Shown: positions 10,526 through 20,460, counted from the first letter of the stretch. The stretch is 64,000 nt of DNA from Trueperaceae bacterium (GCA_965213705.1 OZ243913.1:704001-768000); one strand, 5' to 3'. Notes: generated by a model not told the origin, from the letters alone. Program-made: numbers and translations.

Positions 10526-11431
10526 ATGGACACCATCGTCGTCACCGGAGCTACGGGACAAATCGGCAGCGAACTCGTCCACCTGCTCGCCTCGCACGCG
10601 TCGCAGCCTGAGATACGAGCTGCCACGCGCAATCCTTCATCATCCGCCGCAGGACTTTTGAGAGTGATGAACCCGGGGACGGTTCACCCCACAGCCTTCG
10701 ACATTGAAGATGAAGGGGGGCTCGAGAGGCTGTTCCAAGACGCGACCAAGCTCTGTATCATCGCGCCGGTCATCGACAGCATGGCAGCGTGGCACGCCAA
10801 ACTTATGGAGGTCTTCACGCGTGTCGGTCAACCCGCGTACATCGTCAAGGTCAGCGTCACGGGCGCACGCTCACCCGACAGCGACCCACCGCCCGGACGC
10901 TTTCCCTCGCTCCACTGGCAAGGGGAAGAGGCGATTCGGCGCAGCGACGTCGCTAGCACGGTGGTTCGCCCGACCATCTTTATGCAGCACTTTTTGAGCG
11001 TGCCGGGACTTTACACGAAGGGCGACGACCGCTTTTACCTGCCGAGTAGCGAGGGTGAAATCGCCTTTTTGGACTGCCGCGACATCGCCCACGCTGCGGC
11101 GACACTTTTGACAATGAACGCAGGAGAACGGCGAGTTTTCGAGGGGCAAGCCTTTGAACTCACCGGACCGAGTGCGCTCACCGCGGGCGAGATTGCCAGC
11201 ATCCTCAGTCTCGTAGCGGGCAGGCCCATAATGCACGTCGACGGTGTGGCGGCGTTTGAAGCGCACTGCCGCGAGTTAGGTGTGACCGACGCGCTGAAAA
11301 GCGTCTATGCGGAGGCTGCCGAGGGCTGGTTCAGCAGGCTCGAGCTAACCACCTTTGAACGCATTACCGGCAGACAACCTACCTCATTCGCCAAATTCGC
11401 CTACGACCACGCCGGCTATTTCAAGGAGTAA
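10526..11431 (+). CDS. NmrA-like NAD(P)H-binding oxidoreductase
   Basis: IVVTGATGQIG, H...E.AIR.S....VRP..FMQ, DCRDIA, ELTGP. Confidence 0.88.
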   Translation: MDTIVVTGATGQIGSELVHLLASHASQPEIRAATRNPSSSAAGLLRVMNPGTVHPTAFDIEDEGGLERLFQDATKLCIIAPVIDSMAAWHAKLMEVFTRVGQPAYIVKVSVTGARSPDSDPPPGRFPSLHWQGEEAIRRSDVASTVVRPTIFMQHFLSVPGLYTKGDDRFYLPSSEGEIAFLDCRDIAHAAATLLTMNAGERRVFEGQAFELTGPSALTAGEIASILSLVAGRPIMHVDGVAAFEAHCRELGVTDALKSVYAEAAEGWFSRLELTTFERITGRQPTSFAKFAYDHAGYFKE

Positions 11432-11434
11432 GCC

Positions 11435-11770
11435 ATGTTCACCTTTACGCTCACCGTAGAAGTTCCCGACGACCATGTCGAAACGTTTCTGGCCTTGACG
11501 CAAAAAGTCGCCGAGGCGACGCGTCAGGAAAAAGGCTGCCTCATCTTTGACCTGCTACGTTCGGCCAGTCGGCCAAACGAATTCACGACCTACGAAGCCT
11601 TTACGGATGAAGCGGATTGGAACCGGCACGTCGCTTTTGAACACACCAAAGCGTGGATGCGCGGCGTTCAAGAACTCGTAACGGAGCGCGGGTTCGACTC
11701 GGACCTCGTCAGCGCGTATTACGACCATTGGGCGGCGTTCACGATAGCGAAAGGTCAGTACCAGGGGTGA
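11435..11770 (+). CDS. Second ABM-family monooxygenase
   Basis: TRQEKGCLIFDL...PNEFTTYEAF...HVAFEH. Confidence 0.85.
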   Translation: MFTFTLTVEVPDDHVETFLALTQKVAEATRQEKGCLIFDLLRSASRPNEFTTYEAFTDEADWNRHVAFEHTKAWMRGVQELVTERGFDSDLVSAYYDHWAAFTIAKGQYQG

Positions 11771-11816
11771 CAACAAGCGCGCTGTTTTCGAGCTTCCGTG
11801 CGGTGTGACCGGTTTT

Positions 11817-13007
11817 TCAAATGGGGGCGGTAGCATTCGCTTTATAAAGTGCGTAGAGTTTTTCAGCGGCGTCACCGCGTTTCAGACCCGTAAGGCTGAT
11901 GTTCTCCGGCATACCGGGCAGGGCGCGGCGGGCGTGCTCGAGCCACCCCTCAGCCTCGGCCTCGGTCGAAATATCGTTCGGGCGGGCGTCGTAGCTTGAA
12001 AAATACCCTTTCGTCCCGAGGTACTGGACGGCGGGCACCCAGGACGCTTCCTTAGCCATGTCGAAGTCGTTGAAAAACGAGAGCATGTGTCCGTTCTCCG
12101 CGAGCCTGCGCTGCAGGGCGTCCACGCTGATGTCGGCGACCTGCGCTCGCGTTTCTTTGGCGAGCGCCGCTGCATAGCCCGCCGCCTCCGCCAACTGGAT
12201 AAGCGTCGGCGTCTGCCGCACCGTCCCCCAGGCGACGTGCGTGACCGAGCAGCACACGCTCACCAGCAGGTTGTCGAGCCTCTCGGGAAGCATCACCCGG
12301 TAGGGCACCTGCGCGGGGCGGGTCTGCTCCTGCAAAAAGAACTGCCCGTCACAGGCCGTTCCGGGGCGGCGCTCGGGGGTGCAAGCGAGCGAGTCGAGCG
12401 GAAAGTCGGTGACGGCGACGCTGTCGGCGTGGACGGGCGTGCGCTCCGAACGGGATGCTAAGAGCGCGTCGTGCTCGGTGAAGGTGGTGCGGCCCCAAAT
12501 CCTGCGTGCCTCGCGGACGTAGAGGTGGGTGGGGATGTTGTCGTTGTCGGTGAACTCGTCTTTTGAGAGGCCCCACTCGAGCGCCCGCAACCGCACCGCC
12601 CGCACGCGCCTCCGGTCGAGTTCGACAGCGGCAGGGTGATAGCGGTGCAAAACGGTGATGTCTTCCGCCTCGACCATCTCCCTGGCGACTTTGAGCGCCG
12701 CACTCGGCTCGAAAGTCATCATGGGGTTGCCGGGCTCCAAATAGACGCACTGCCGGTACTGGTCTGAATCCTCGCCGTAGGCCTCCCGGTAGTGGCGGAC
12801 GATGCCCGACTTTAACTCCTCGAGCAAGGGCGCACGCACCCCGGTGTAGTGCGTCTCGATAGCGCCCAAGGAGGCGAGCACGCCCGCGAAGTGTTCGTCC
12901 TGCGTGACCAGCAGCGTGGTAAGTCCCTCCCTGGCCGCGCGAACGGCGGCAGCGACGCCCGGGGCCGACTCACCAAAAACAAGCACATCAGCCTTCATCA
13001 TTTTCAT
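11817..13007 (-). pseudogene. FAD-dependent oxidoreductase (FAD_oxidored / xanthan-lyase-associated family) with apparent in-frame internal deletion
   Basis: N-terminal DVLVFGESAPGVAAAVRAAR and FEP, C-terminal WGL.KDEF.DN..LYVREARR and HVAWGTVR are present; the middle region (F.DATYEGDL, GRE, QAYN.R) is absent; junction at RALE|WGL. Confidence 0.65.
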
Positions 13008-13023
13008 CGTTAACCACTCCTTG

Positions 13024-13053
13024 TTGACAGATATCAGATATCTGTTTTAAAGT
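13024..13053. promoter_or_regulatory. Palindromic operator (likely GntR/FadR) overlapping a TTGACA -35 box
   Basis: ACAGATATC-A-GATATCTGT perfect inverted repeat at 13027-13045; TTGACA at 13024-13029; lies between divergent genes of an operon encoding a FadR-type regulator. Confidence 0.7.
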
Positions 13054-13104
13054 ATAGCTCGAGGCAGTTAACTTGGATAGGAGCAACTCGGATAGGAGCA
13101 GGGT

Positions 13105-14418
13105 GTGGAGAATCTTCCCCCGACGGAACTTCCCGGCTTGACCAAAAACTTTCACGTTCCCGCAGCCGTGTCGGGCAACGACGAGGCTCGGGCCCGCTGG
13201 TTTTCCGGCTTGGGTCTAGGGCTTTTCGTCCACTGGTCGCTCGACGTGCAGCTCGGGTCGGTCATCAGCCACTCGATGGTGGGGGCGTCGCAGGACTATC
13301 TGGAGCGCTTCGTCCACGACTTGCCCAAAACCTTCAACCCGACGCGCTTCGACCCGGACGCCTGGGCGCGGCAGGCGAAGGTCGCCGGGGTGCGCTACGT
13401 GGTGTTTACCACCAAGCACCACAGCGGCTTTTGCATGTTCGACACCGAAACCACCAGCTTCAACGTGATGAACACGCCTTATGGTAAAGACATCATCAGA
13501 GAGGTCGTGGACGCTTTTCGCGCCTGGGACATCGCCGTCGGCTTTTACTTTTCCCCCGACGACTTCTGGCTCTTGCACCGGCAGGGATACGAGGTGACGC
13601 GGTCGCGCCCCGAAGCCAACCCGCGCAACAACCCCGAGCTGATGGCGCACAACAGGACGCAGCTCCGCGAATTATTAACCCACTACGGGCCTGTCGACAT
13701 CGTCTTTTTCGACGGCGAGCCCGAGGGGTTGAAAGAACTCGCCTGGGAGCTTTCGCCGCAGACGGTGGTGACGCGAGGCGACATGGCGACGCCCGAGCAG
13801 ACCCTGCCGGACGCGCCCCTGCCGCCCCCCTGGGAGGCGTGCTTCACGCTCGGCACCCAGTGGGCGTACAAACCTACCCATGAAACGTACAAGTCGGGCA
13901 CGGAGCTTATCGACATGCTCGTCGAGACGCGGGCCAAGGGCGGCAACCTGCTCTTAAACGTAGGTCCCAAACCCGACGGCGGCTTACCCATCCAACAGAC
14001 GGACCGCCTGCAAGAACTCGCGCTGTGGATGTTCGTGAACGGGGAGGCGATTTACGACACGGCGTCCCTCCCGGTCGTCCGGGAAACGCTCACGCTCGAG
14101 CACGAGGTCTGGTACACGCGCAAGGGCGACACCGTCTACGCCCTCGTTACGGGCGGCGCGTGGCCCAAGGGAGAGCGCAAAGTCGTCACCCTGAAGAGCA
14201 TTTGCGCGACCGAAGCCACGGAAGTCGAGGTGTTGGGGCAGTCGGGCAACGCGCTCGAGTACCGCCTCGGTGTCAGTCCTAAAGCGAGCTGGACGCAGGA
14301 TGATAACGGACTGCACCTCTCGGTGATGCGGGCGCAGCGCCTGCACAACGACTCAAAATGGCCCAACCCCGTGGTGATTCGCGTTACTCACGCCCGTTGG
14401 CAAGACGAAAGGGCCTGA
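13105..14418 (+). CDS. Alpha-L-fucosidase (GH29), no signal peptide
   Basis: GLFVHW, FNPTRFDPDAW, VFTTKHHSGF, LLTHYG.VD..FFDG, GGNLLLNVGP. Confidence 0.88.
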   Translation: MENLPPTELPGLTKNFHVPAAVSGNDEARARWFSGLGLGLFVHWSLDVQLGSVISHSMVGASQDYLERFVHDLPKTFNPTRFDPDAWARQAKVAGVRYVVFTTKHHSGFCMFDTETTSFNVMNTPYGKDIIREVVDAFRAWDIAVGFYFSPDDFWLLHRQGYEVTRSRPEANPRNNPELMAHNRTQLRELLTHYGPVDIVFFDGEPEGLKELAWELSPQTVVTRGDMATPEQTLPDAPLPPPWEACFTLGTQWAYKPTHETYKSGTELIDMLVETRAKGGNLLLNVGPKPDGGLPIQQTDRLQELALWMFVNGEAIYDTASLPVVRETLTLEHEVWYTRKGDTVYALVTGGAWPKGERKVVTLKSICATEATEVEVLGQSGNALEYRLGVSPKASWTQDDNGLHLSVMRAQRLHNDSKWPNPVVIRVTHARWQDERA

Positions 14419-14419
14419 C

Positions 14420-15139
14420 GTGGCCCGGCTGAAGACCCTCGAGCGCAGCCCCGCCATCCGCGAACGCGTGCAGGACGCCATCCGAGCCTACGTGTCCGAG
14501 AACGGCCTTAAAGCAGGTGACGCCCTGCCGCCCGAAACGAAGTTGGCTGAGCAGTTGGGCGTAAGCCGCTTGTCCGTGCGCGAGGCGGTCAAGGTGTTGG
14601 AGAGCACGGGCTTCGTGCGCTCGGAACGCGGCAACGGCCTGTTCGTCGGCAGCTTCTCGTTCGACCCGCTTCTGGAGCACCTGCCTTACGGCCTCATGGA
14701 CGACCTTTCCAACCTCTCCGACCTGTTGCAGATGCGGGCCTTTTTGGAACTCGGCATGGCGGACGCGGTGCTCGCTCGCCTCACGGAGGAGCAGCTCGAG
14801 GCGGCACGCGCGGTTCTTGAACAGATGAAGGCGCAGGCGGCAGCGGGCGGCGTCTTGCCCGAGGCCGACCGCGAGTTTCACCGGCTCTACTGCCGGAACC
14901 TCGGCAACCCCCTCATCAGCAAGGTCACCGATATGTTTTGGCAGGCCTTCCGCCGCGCCAGCCAGCACGCCGCCATTGGGGACACCGACCCGGCCCGCAC
15001 CTACCGCGACCACGAGCGGGTCGTCCGCGCCCTCGAGACCGGCGACCTCACGGGGCTCCGAAGCGCGCTCGAGCAGCACTACGCCTACATCCTCGAGCGT
15101 TTAGGACGCGCTCAACAGCGCCAGAAAGGAGGCGCGTGA
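14420..15139 (+). CDS. GntR/FadR-family transcriptional regulator
   Basis: GDALPPETKLAEQLGVSRLSVREA; FCD domain with DREFH. Confidence 0.93.
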   Translation: MARLKTLERSPAIRERVQDAIRAYVSENGLKAGDALPPETKLAEQLGVSRLSVREAVKVLESTGFVRSERGNGLFVGSFSFDPLLEHLPYGLMDDLSNLSDLLQMRAFLELGMADAVLARLTEEQLEAARAVLEQMKAQAAAGGVLPEADREFHRLYCRNLGNPLISKVTDMFWQAFRRASQHAAIGDTDPARTYRDHERVVRALETGDLTGLRSALEQHYAYILERLGRAQQRQKGGA

Positions 15140-16026
15140 CCCTCTCCGGCGTCATTCCGCCCGTCATTACGCCCCTGACGGATGACGGCAGCCTCGACCT
15201 GCCCGCACTCGAGCGGCTGTTGGAACGTCTCATCGCAGCGGGCGTGGGTGGGCTGTTCATGCTGGGTACGAGCGGCGAAGGCCCGTGGCTGAAGCGCGAA
15301 CAGCAAATCAAAGTTCTCGAGGTCGCTGTTCGGGTTGCGGCGGGGCAGGTGCCCGTTATCGCCGGGGTGCTCGAGCCGAGTACGGGCCGCGTTGTCGAAG
15401 CCTTGTCCGCCTTTGAAAACGTGGGAGTGGACGCCTTAGCCCTCACGACGCCCTACTACTTCGGGGTTTCCGACACAGCCCAGCTTCATCATTTTGAAAG
15501 GGTGCTCGAGGCGACGAACCTCCCCGTCGTGCTCTACAACATCCCGTCGGCGACGCACAATTCGCTCTCGGTCGAGACCGTTCGGCAGCTCGCCCGACAT
15601 CCGCACGTCCTCGGCATCAAAGACAGCACGGGCGACCGAGAGCACTTCCGCCGGTTGCTCGAGCTTAAAACCGCACACGACGGCTTCAGCGTTTTGCAAG
15701 GTGCCGAGGTCGCCGCGGGCGAGGCGCTGCTGGCGGGTGCCGACGGCGTGGTCGCGGGCCTCGCCAACCTCGAGCCGGAGCCTTTCGTGCAGATGCTCGA
15801 GGCGGCGCGGCGGGGGGACGAGGCGCGGGTGCGGGTGCTTCAAGCACGCGTCGCCGCCCTGTGGGAACTCCACACTCACGGCCACTGGCTGAGCTGTTTA
15901 AAGTACGCCGCCCACCTGCGCGGGTGCGGGTGCGGGAAAACCCTGGGGCTAGAGGAGCTTGCGCCGGACGCCCAAGCCCAAATAGCCGACGTTCTAAGCC
16001 TGTACCAACAAGGAGGTACACCATGA
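15136..16026 (+). CDS. Dihydrodipicolinate synthase-family aldolase/lyase
   Basis: GVIPPVITP, LGTSGEG, PYYF, LYNIP, GIKDS. Confidence 0.9.
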   Translation: MTLSGVIPPVITPLTDDGSLDLPALERLLERLIAAGVGGLFMLGTSGEGPWLKREQQIKVLEVAVRVAAGQVPVIAGVLEPSTGRVVEALSAFENVGVDALALTTPYYFGVSDTAQLHHFERVLEATNLPVVLYNIPSATHNSLSVETVRQLARHPHVLGIKDSTGDREHFRRLLELKTAHDGFSVLQGAEVAAGEALLAGADGVVAGLANLEPEPFVQMLEAARRGDEARVRVLQARVAALWELHTHGHWLSCLKYAAHLRGCGCGKTLGLEELAPDAQAQIADVLSLYQQGGTP

Positions 16027-17297
16027 AACCGTCCGTTTTTCGTCCCCTCATCGTTCTGCTCGCCGTTTTCGGTCTCTCCACAGCCCTGGCCCAGGACACC
16101 GTGCGCGTGTTCACCCTCGACTCGTTTCAAGAACTTATCGAAGGCGAGGGCGACGCGGGCACCAACGTACTCGCTGATGCCCCCTTCACTGTCGAGTGGG
16201 AACTGAGCCCCTTCCAGGGCTACGAACTCAAGATGCGCCGCGCCATCACCAGCCCGCGCCCGAGCGTGGACGTGGTGTTCGTGCTGGACAGGTGGGGCGG
16301 CTCGAGCATCTACCGCAGCGCCACGCCGCTCGGCCCCCTCATGGACGCGGAGCCGATTGAGGACTTCGACGACGTCATCGCGGGCACCTTAGAGCCGTTC
16401 ACTTTTGGGGGTGAACTCTACGGCATCCCCTTCCGCAGCGCCTTTCACGTGCTCTGGTACAACGCCGACATGTTGGCGGCGCAGACCGGCACCTCCGAGC
16501 CGCCTTCGAGCATGGCGGCTTTCTGGGACAACGTGGCCGCGACGACCTACACTGACGACAACGGCGACCAGGTCTACGGGCTCGCCATCTATGGCGGCGC
16601 GGAGGGCGGCAAGGAGTTTATCAAGCTGGCGATGGCTTACGGGGCTCGCATCCTGGACGATGACCTCAACGTGACCGTCGACAGTCCTGAAATGATTCAG
16701 TTCGTCACCGACATCAGCGACGCCTTCCAGGCGGGCCAGGTCGTGCCGAACTTCGACACCATCGCCTCGGGCGACGTGCGCACCTACCTCAAACAGGGCT
16801 TGGCCGCGCACGCGGTCACGACCTTCAGTTTTTACAACGACTTCAACAATCCCGAATCTTCACAGGTTCCGGGGCAAATCCGGGACGCCGTGCTGCCCGC
16901 CGCCGAGGGGTCGGGTTTGGAGTTTGCGCCTCACCAGGTGGCGACCTGGGGGCTGGTCATCCCTGCCGGACTATCTGACGAGCGTAAAGCTTTAGCATGG
17001 GAATTCATTCGCTACCTCTCGAGCGGTGATGCCTCACTCGCCCTCGCCTTGAACGGCAACGGCCCCATCCGCCAGTCCGCTTTCTCCGACGCTGGCTACA
17101 ACGAGACCGAGCCGACCTCGGCGACGCTGCAAGCCATCGCGCCGACCGCCAAGGCCATCATCCAGGCCATCGACGCCTCGACCGAAATTCTGGAGATTTA
17201 CGGCGAAGAGGTCACCGCCGCCATGCTCGGCGACAAGACGCCCGAAGAGGCGATGGCGGACGCCGCTACCGCCATCCGCGTCGTCGTAGAACAATAG
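16023..17297 (+). CDS. Carbohydrate ABC transporter substrate-binding protein
   Basis: Signal peptide ending ALA-Q; GELYGIPF, LWYNADML, AWEFIRYL, KTPEEA. Confidence 0.88.
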   Translation: MKPSVFRPLIVLLAVFGLSTALAQDTVRVFTLDSFQELIEGEGDAGTNVLADAPFTVEWELSPFQGYELKMRRAITSPRPSVDVVFVLDRWGGSSIYRSATPLGPLMDAEPIEDFDDVIAGTLEPFTFGGELYGIPFRSAFHVLWYNADMLAAQTGTSEPPSSMAAFWDNVAATTYTDDNGDQVYGLAIYGGAEGGKEFIKLAMAYGARILDDDLNVTVDSPEMIQFVTDISDAFQAGQVVPNFDTIASGDVRTYLKQGLAAHAVTTFSFYNDFNNPESSQVPGQIRDAVLPAAEGSGLEFAPHQVATWGLVIPAGLSDERKALAWEFIRYLSSGDASLALALNGNGPIRQSAFSDAGYNETEPTSATLQAIAPTAKAIIQAIDASTEILEIYGEEVTAAMLGDKTPEEAMADAATAIRVVVEQ

Positions 17298-17318
17298 GGG
17301 CCGCTACTCCAGCGACCC

Positions 17319-18245
17319 ATGCTTCAAAGTCGAACCCGCCCACCCAAGGCTGAGCCCGCCCGCCGCGCCCCGCGTTTCTCGGAACGCCTGCGCGGCTACG
17401 GGCTCCTCTTGCCCGCCGCCCTGCTCTTGACGGGCATCATCCTGGTGCCGGAACTCTTAGCGCTCGGCATGGCCTTTACCGATTACGAGATTGGGCTCGA
17501 GCCCACCTTCGTGGGCTTCCGCAACTTTACGCGCGTGCTTACCGACCCGCGCTTTTTGCACGCTTTGCAGGTGAACGTTATCTACGTCGTCGCGGCGGTG
17601 GCGGCGCAGATGATTCTCGGGGTGCTTCTGGCGGTCCACATGGCGAAGCGCTTCCGCTTCCAGGGGCTCTGGATTGCGCTCATCATGCTGCCCTCGGCGC
17701 TCTCGACCACGGTCTTAATCGTCGTCTGGCGCTATATTTTAGACCTCAACATCGGGGTGGCGAACTACTTTATCTCACGGCTCGGCTTCGACCCGGTTTA
17801 TTTTCTCAGCCAGGAGAACGCGCTCTTCACCGTCATTTTGGTCGAGGTGTGGGCGGCGATTCCGCAGGTTTTTTTGTTTATTTATCCCGCCCGCAGCACC
17901 ATCTCGCAAGACATCTACGACAGCGCCGCCATCGACGGGGCGAGCGGCTTTGCGCTCTTTCGCCACATCACGCTGCCGCTCTTGAAACCCGCCATCTACG
18001 TGGCGCTGATTTTTCGCACCATCTTCACCATCCGCTCGTTCGGCGTGGTGTGGCTCATGACCGGGGGCGGGCCGCGTCGCTCTACCGAGTTGCTGGCGAT
18101 TTATCTCTACAAAGAGGGTTTCGTCTACAACCGCTTCTACAGCGCGGCGGCGGTGTCGTTTCTCATTCTCGTGATTACCGTCCTCATTTCGGGCTGGCTG
18201 GTGCGCCGCATGTACTTGAACACCTTCGCCGAGAGTACCGCGTGA
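17319..18245 (+). CDS. Carbohydrate ABC transporter permease
   Basis: FVGFRNF, DSAAIDGASGFALFRHITLPLLKP, TGGGP. Confidence 0.92.
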   Translation: MLQSRTRPPKAEPARRAPRFSERLRGYGLLLPAALLLTGIILVPELLALGMAFTDYEIGLEPTFVGFRNFTRVLTDPRFLHALQVNVIYVVAAVAAQMILGVLLAVHMAKRFRFQGLWIALIMLPSALSTTVLIVVWRYILDLNIGVANYFISRLGFDPVYFLSQENALFTVILVEVWAAIPQVFLFIYPARSTISQDIYDSAAIDGASGFALFRHITLPLLKPAIYVALIFRTIFTIRSFGVVWLMTGGGPRRSTELLAIYLYKEGFVYNRFYSAAAVSFLILVITVLISGWLVRRMYLNTFAESTA

Positions 18246-19084
18246 GCATGTTCACCCGTAAGCGCCTCGGGCGCGGCGTCGACTACGCCATCACCTTGGT
18301 GGCCGCCGCCTTTTTGTCGTTTCCCGTGCTGCTCCTTGTTTTGTCGTCATTCAAGCTCGAGCGCGACATCTTTTCGCGCGCGCCGACATTTTTGTTCAGG
18401 CCGCAGCTCGACAACTACCGCATTATTCTCGAGAACAACAATTTTGTGTCCGGGCTGCAGATGAGTCTGCTCGTCACCGTGGGCGCGGTGCTCCTGACGC
18501 TGCTCGCTTCTCTGCCCGCCGCGTACGCGTACTCGAGGACCGGTCTCGTCGGCGTGAAACGGACCGCGCTGGGCCTCATCGCCGTGCGGATGTTCCCGCC
18601 GATTATCATCGCCATTCCCCTCTATCCTATTCTGCTCAGGCTCAACCTCTTCGACACGCCCTGGGTGCTCATCCTGGTCCACGCGGCCTTTCAAATCAGC
18701 ATCACCACGCTGCTCCTCAAGGTGTTTATCGACGCCGTCCCCAAAGAACTCGACGAGGCCTCCATGATAGACGGCTGCAACCGCGCCCAGTCGTTCTTTC
18801 TGGTCGTGTTTCCGCTCCTCGCCCCCGGTCTTTTCGCCGCCTCCATCTTCGTGGCGCTCGCCGCCTGGAACGACTACCTGTTCGCTTTCCTGTTCACCAA
18901 CTTCGAAGCTAGGACGCTGCCCATCGTCATCTCTGAACTGCTCCACGAGGTCGAACTCGGCCAGGTCGGCTGGGGCGAGGTTTTCGCGGTCTGCACGGTG
19001 CAAATGGTGCCAATTATCGCTTTTATCTGGGCGACGCAAAAACGGCTCTTGAGTTCTTTTACCCTGGGCGCGGTCAAGGGCTAG
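18242..19084 (+). CDS. Carbohydrate ABC transporter permease
   Basis: PKELDEASMIDGC, AWNDYLFA; start GTG 18242 or ATG 18248. Confidence 0.92.
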   Translation: MSMFTRKRLGRGVDYAITLVAAAFLSFPVLLLVLSSFKLERDIFSRAPTFLFRPQLDNYRIILENNNFVSGLQMSLLVTVGAVLLTLLASLPAAYAYSRTGLVGVKRTALGLIAVRMFPPIIIAIPLYPILLRLNLFDTPWVLILVHAAFQISITTLLLKVFIDAVPKELDEASMIDGCNRAQSFFLVVFPLLAPGLFAASIFVALAAWNDYLFAFLFTNFEARTLPIVISELLHEVELGQVGWGEVFAVCTVQMVPIIAFIWATQKRLLSSFTLGAVKG

Positions 19085-20460
19085 TGTCGCGTCTCAACCT
19101 CCTTTTCGTCGTCGCCGACCAGCTCCGGGCGGACGTCGCCTATCACGAGGCGTACCCGTTCGTCCAAACACCCAACCTCGACCGGCTGCGCCGCCGGGGG
19201 ACGACGTTTACGAATACGTTTTGTCAGTATCCCGTCTGCGGTCCGTCGCGCGCCTCGTTTATAACCGGGCGCTATCCGCAGCAGGTCGGCGTTTTGGACA
19301 ACCGCTCGCTGCTGCCGCCCGAGGAGCGCACCTGGGGGCATCACCTCGAGGCTAACGGCTTTGAAACCGTCGCCTTCGGCAAAACGCACGGCATGAACCC
19401 CGGTTTTACCCGCTACCCCGAACCGGATTTTCTGATGAGCTTAGGCACGACCGAGTGGGGCTGGTTCAGCGGGCAGTCGATGACGACGGCGAGCCGAGAG
19501 GAGCCGAGACGTCCCCTGGTCGGTGTGCTCGAGGGTGGTGAAGCGGCTCACTACGACGTGCAGGTCACGTCTCGGGCGGTTCGCTTTCTCTCCCAACGAG
19601 ACGCGAACCGCCCTTTTGCCATGTTCGTCGGCCTCCACACGCCACATCCGCCCCTCTTTCTCCCCGCCGCGTACCACCACCTCTACTCGCCTGATGAGAC
19701 CGAACTTTTTGAGGTGTCCGAAGACCCCGCGACCAAACCTTCCATCCAGCAGGCGGTGCGCGAACCTTGGTTGGGAAGCTCAGAGGATGTGAGGCGGGAA
19801 CTCGTGGCGGCTTATCTGGCGCAGGTCACGCTAATGGACGCGTGCCTGGGGCGCTTGTTGGACGGGCTCGAGCATCACGGTCTGCTAGGCGACACGCTCA
19901 TCATTTTTACCGCCGACCACGGCGAGCAACTTGGCGAACACAATATGCTCGGCAAATTCAACAGTTTTTATGAAGGCAGCTTGCGCGTGCCGCTGGTGCT
20001 CAGCCTCTCCTCTAAAATCCAGCCGGAGCGAAACTCTTCCGCGCTCGTCGAGTTACTGGACATCGTTCCGACCCTTTTCGACCTCTTGGGAGTGCCGCAG
20101 CCGGACAGTCTCGGGGGAAAAACCCTGCTGCCGCTCCTCGAGCACTCAGAGCGCAGCCACCGCTCGTACGTCCACGCGGTACTGCTGGACAAGTCTGCGA
20201 GCAAGGTGGGACACTCGAGCCACTTTACAAATGCGGTTCGCGGTCAGATGGTTCGTTCAGAACGCCTTAAACTTGCCGTTTACACAGATGGGGCCGGGGA
20301 GCTTTACGACCTCGTGGACGACCCCGCCGAACGTGTGAACCGTTACGCCGACAGGGCGTTATTCGATGAGAAAACGGAGCTGCTCGAGGCCCTCCTGCGT
20401 CACGCCGGTTCGACTTTCAGGACGCCGCCGCTGTGGGGGCACAACAACTTTCCCGGTTAG
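19084..20460 (+). CDS. Cys-type sulfatase (choline-sulfatase-like)
   Basis: ADQLR, CGPSRAS (CxPxR), GKTH, PHPP, ADHGE, FYEGSLRVPL. Confidence 0.92.
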   Translation: MSRLNLLFVVADQLRADVAYHEAYPFVQTPNLDRLRRRGTTFTNTFCQYPVCGPSRASFITGRYPQQVGVLDNRSLLPPEERTWGHHLEANGFETVAFGKTHGMNPGFTRYPEPDFLMSLGTTEWGWFSGQSMTTASREEPRRPLVGVLEGGEAAHYDVQVTSRAVRFLSQRDANRPFAMFVGLHTPHPPLFLPAAYHHLYSPDETELFEVSEDPATKPSIQQAVREPWLGSSEDVRRELVAAYLAQVTLMDACLGRLLDGLEHHGLLGDTLIIFTADHGEQLGEHNMLGKFNSFYEGSLRVPLVLSLSSKIQPERNSSALVELLDIVPTLFDLLGVPQPDSLGGKTLLPLLEHSERSHRSYVHAVLLDKSASKVGHSSHFTNAVRGQMVRSERLKLAVYTDGAGELYDLVDDPAERVNRYADRALFDEKTELLEALLRHAGSTFRTPPLWGHNNFPG

